Shown here: positions 63,208-64,000 of the stretch, piece by piece
How positions within the stretch are numbered: position 1 is the first letter of the stretch
Layout: each line of letters begins with the position of its first letter
Source: Blasia pusilla
Lineage: Eukaryota
Direction of reading: 5' to 3'
Assembly: GCA_050084515.1 (NCBI GenBank)
Contig: CM114271.1
Span: 8,990,001 to 9,054,000, forward strand
DNA length: 64,000 bases
Made by a program: the position numbers and the translations under genes
The notes under the pieces: model-generated
Told to the model about the DNA's origin: nothing
The model's database searches: none
What the model saw: only the letters and a program-made list of their open reading frames with translations

Positions 63208-64000
63208 AAGCCAACCTTATTGTTGAGATCTCTGTGAGGTTCCTAGATGTCGAGAGAACAATTTGCCTGAGTGTGCTTTAAATTCCACTAGAGAGAATTG
63301 AAGAAGAAAACATGGGTACTAAGAAGGATCGGAAGATATTACTGGAATACTACATTTGAATTACATAATCAACCACACTACTTTACAACATAATAATCAC
63401 TTTATCCTCTCTTTTCATCCAACAATGATCCTCTTGGGGATCGAACTCTACAAATGACTGTAAATTAGAAACACTTGTACATTACATATAATGAAACACT
63501 TTTTGGGGCCGCTGCCGGGGATCATATCCTTGGCTGAGAAGGGAGAGAGACCCATGGGGAATCAGGGAGCGGGGAAAGAAGCTTCGCCCCTAGAAGACCC
63601 AACAATCTAGTTCTTACTGAAGACCATCTGCTAGCTCTAGCGATGGATGCTTGAAGACAACAATAGATTTGCTGCATTGGTGCTAGAGAAAATAGACCAA
63701 CTAATTAGAATTTGTCAAAGAACCAATCGCCGAACGGTGCTTCGCCCATGAACGATAGTTGTACTTGGTGAAAACCCGGTACTTCTGTTTATGGGAGGAA
63801 AACTTGGCAGGAAGATTAGGAGCACGAGGCACACTCCTATAGATGTAGAAAGAAGAAGTAGTTAACCTCCCTCCATGGACCCTTACCGTGTTGCCACCGT
63901 GCGGGTGAACGCAAGTTGCCAAATCCCACAAGAGACTTATGGAAGGCTCCTGGCCCTCTTCGCGAGAGCAGCGAGCCAATCGGCGCAATAAGCAGCAGGA
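63208..64000 (+). mobile_element. Athila-like element: partial LTR (to 63486), PBS 63504-63521, leader/gag start
   Basis: Homologous to 37287-37566 and 34426-34780. PBS TGGGGCCGCTGCCGGGGA. Confidence 0.8.

Overview
Entirely transposon-derived eukaryotic DNA with no host gene, RNA gene or CRISPR. Spliceosomal introns and the Ty3/Ty1 families suggest a plant, possibly a non-seed land plant (inference). (1) At least seven nested or partial copies (A-F, M) of an unusual ~10-kb DNA element. Copy F (18511-28480) has both ends, imperfect GA-rich termini and a 10-bp TSD. It carries a GCM-like/SWIM zinc-finger gene (Mutator-like, no visible DDE core) and a divergent 4-exon gene with an N-terminal ParB/Srx-like domain (IWDGNHR) and a C-terminal beta-class N4C/N6A DNA-methyltransferase-like fold. 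Its introns and promoter are packed with a 27-bp palindrome, GCAACCCGTCGGA-N-TCCGACGGGTTGC, a candidate parS-like site. (2) A Ty3/Gypsy element (37980-47711) with a C5 DNA methyltransferase inside pol and a PHD finger on integrase. It has a Tf1-type self-priming site and a permuted A...B-A-B repeat layout, as expected if a 2-LTR circle was integrated at a palindrome inside the LTR. A second, divergent DNMT-Gypsy fragment lies at 132-1290. (3) Ordinary nested LTR elements: an Athila-like tRNA-Asp family, a chromodomain Ty3 element, a decayed Copia and solo LTRs. Nearly all reading frames have stops or frameshifts. Domain calls are from motif recognition by eye, with no database searches.
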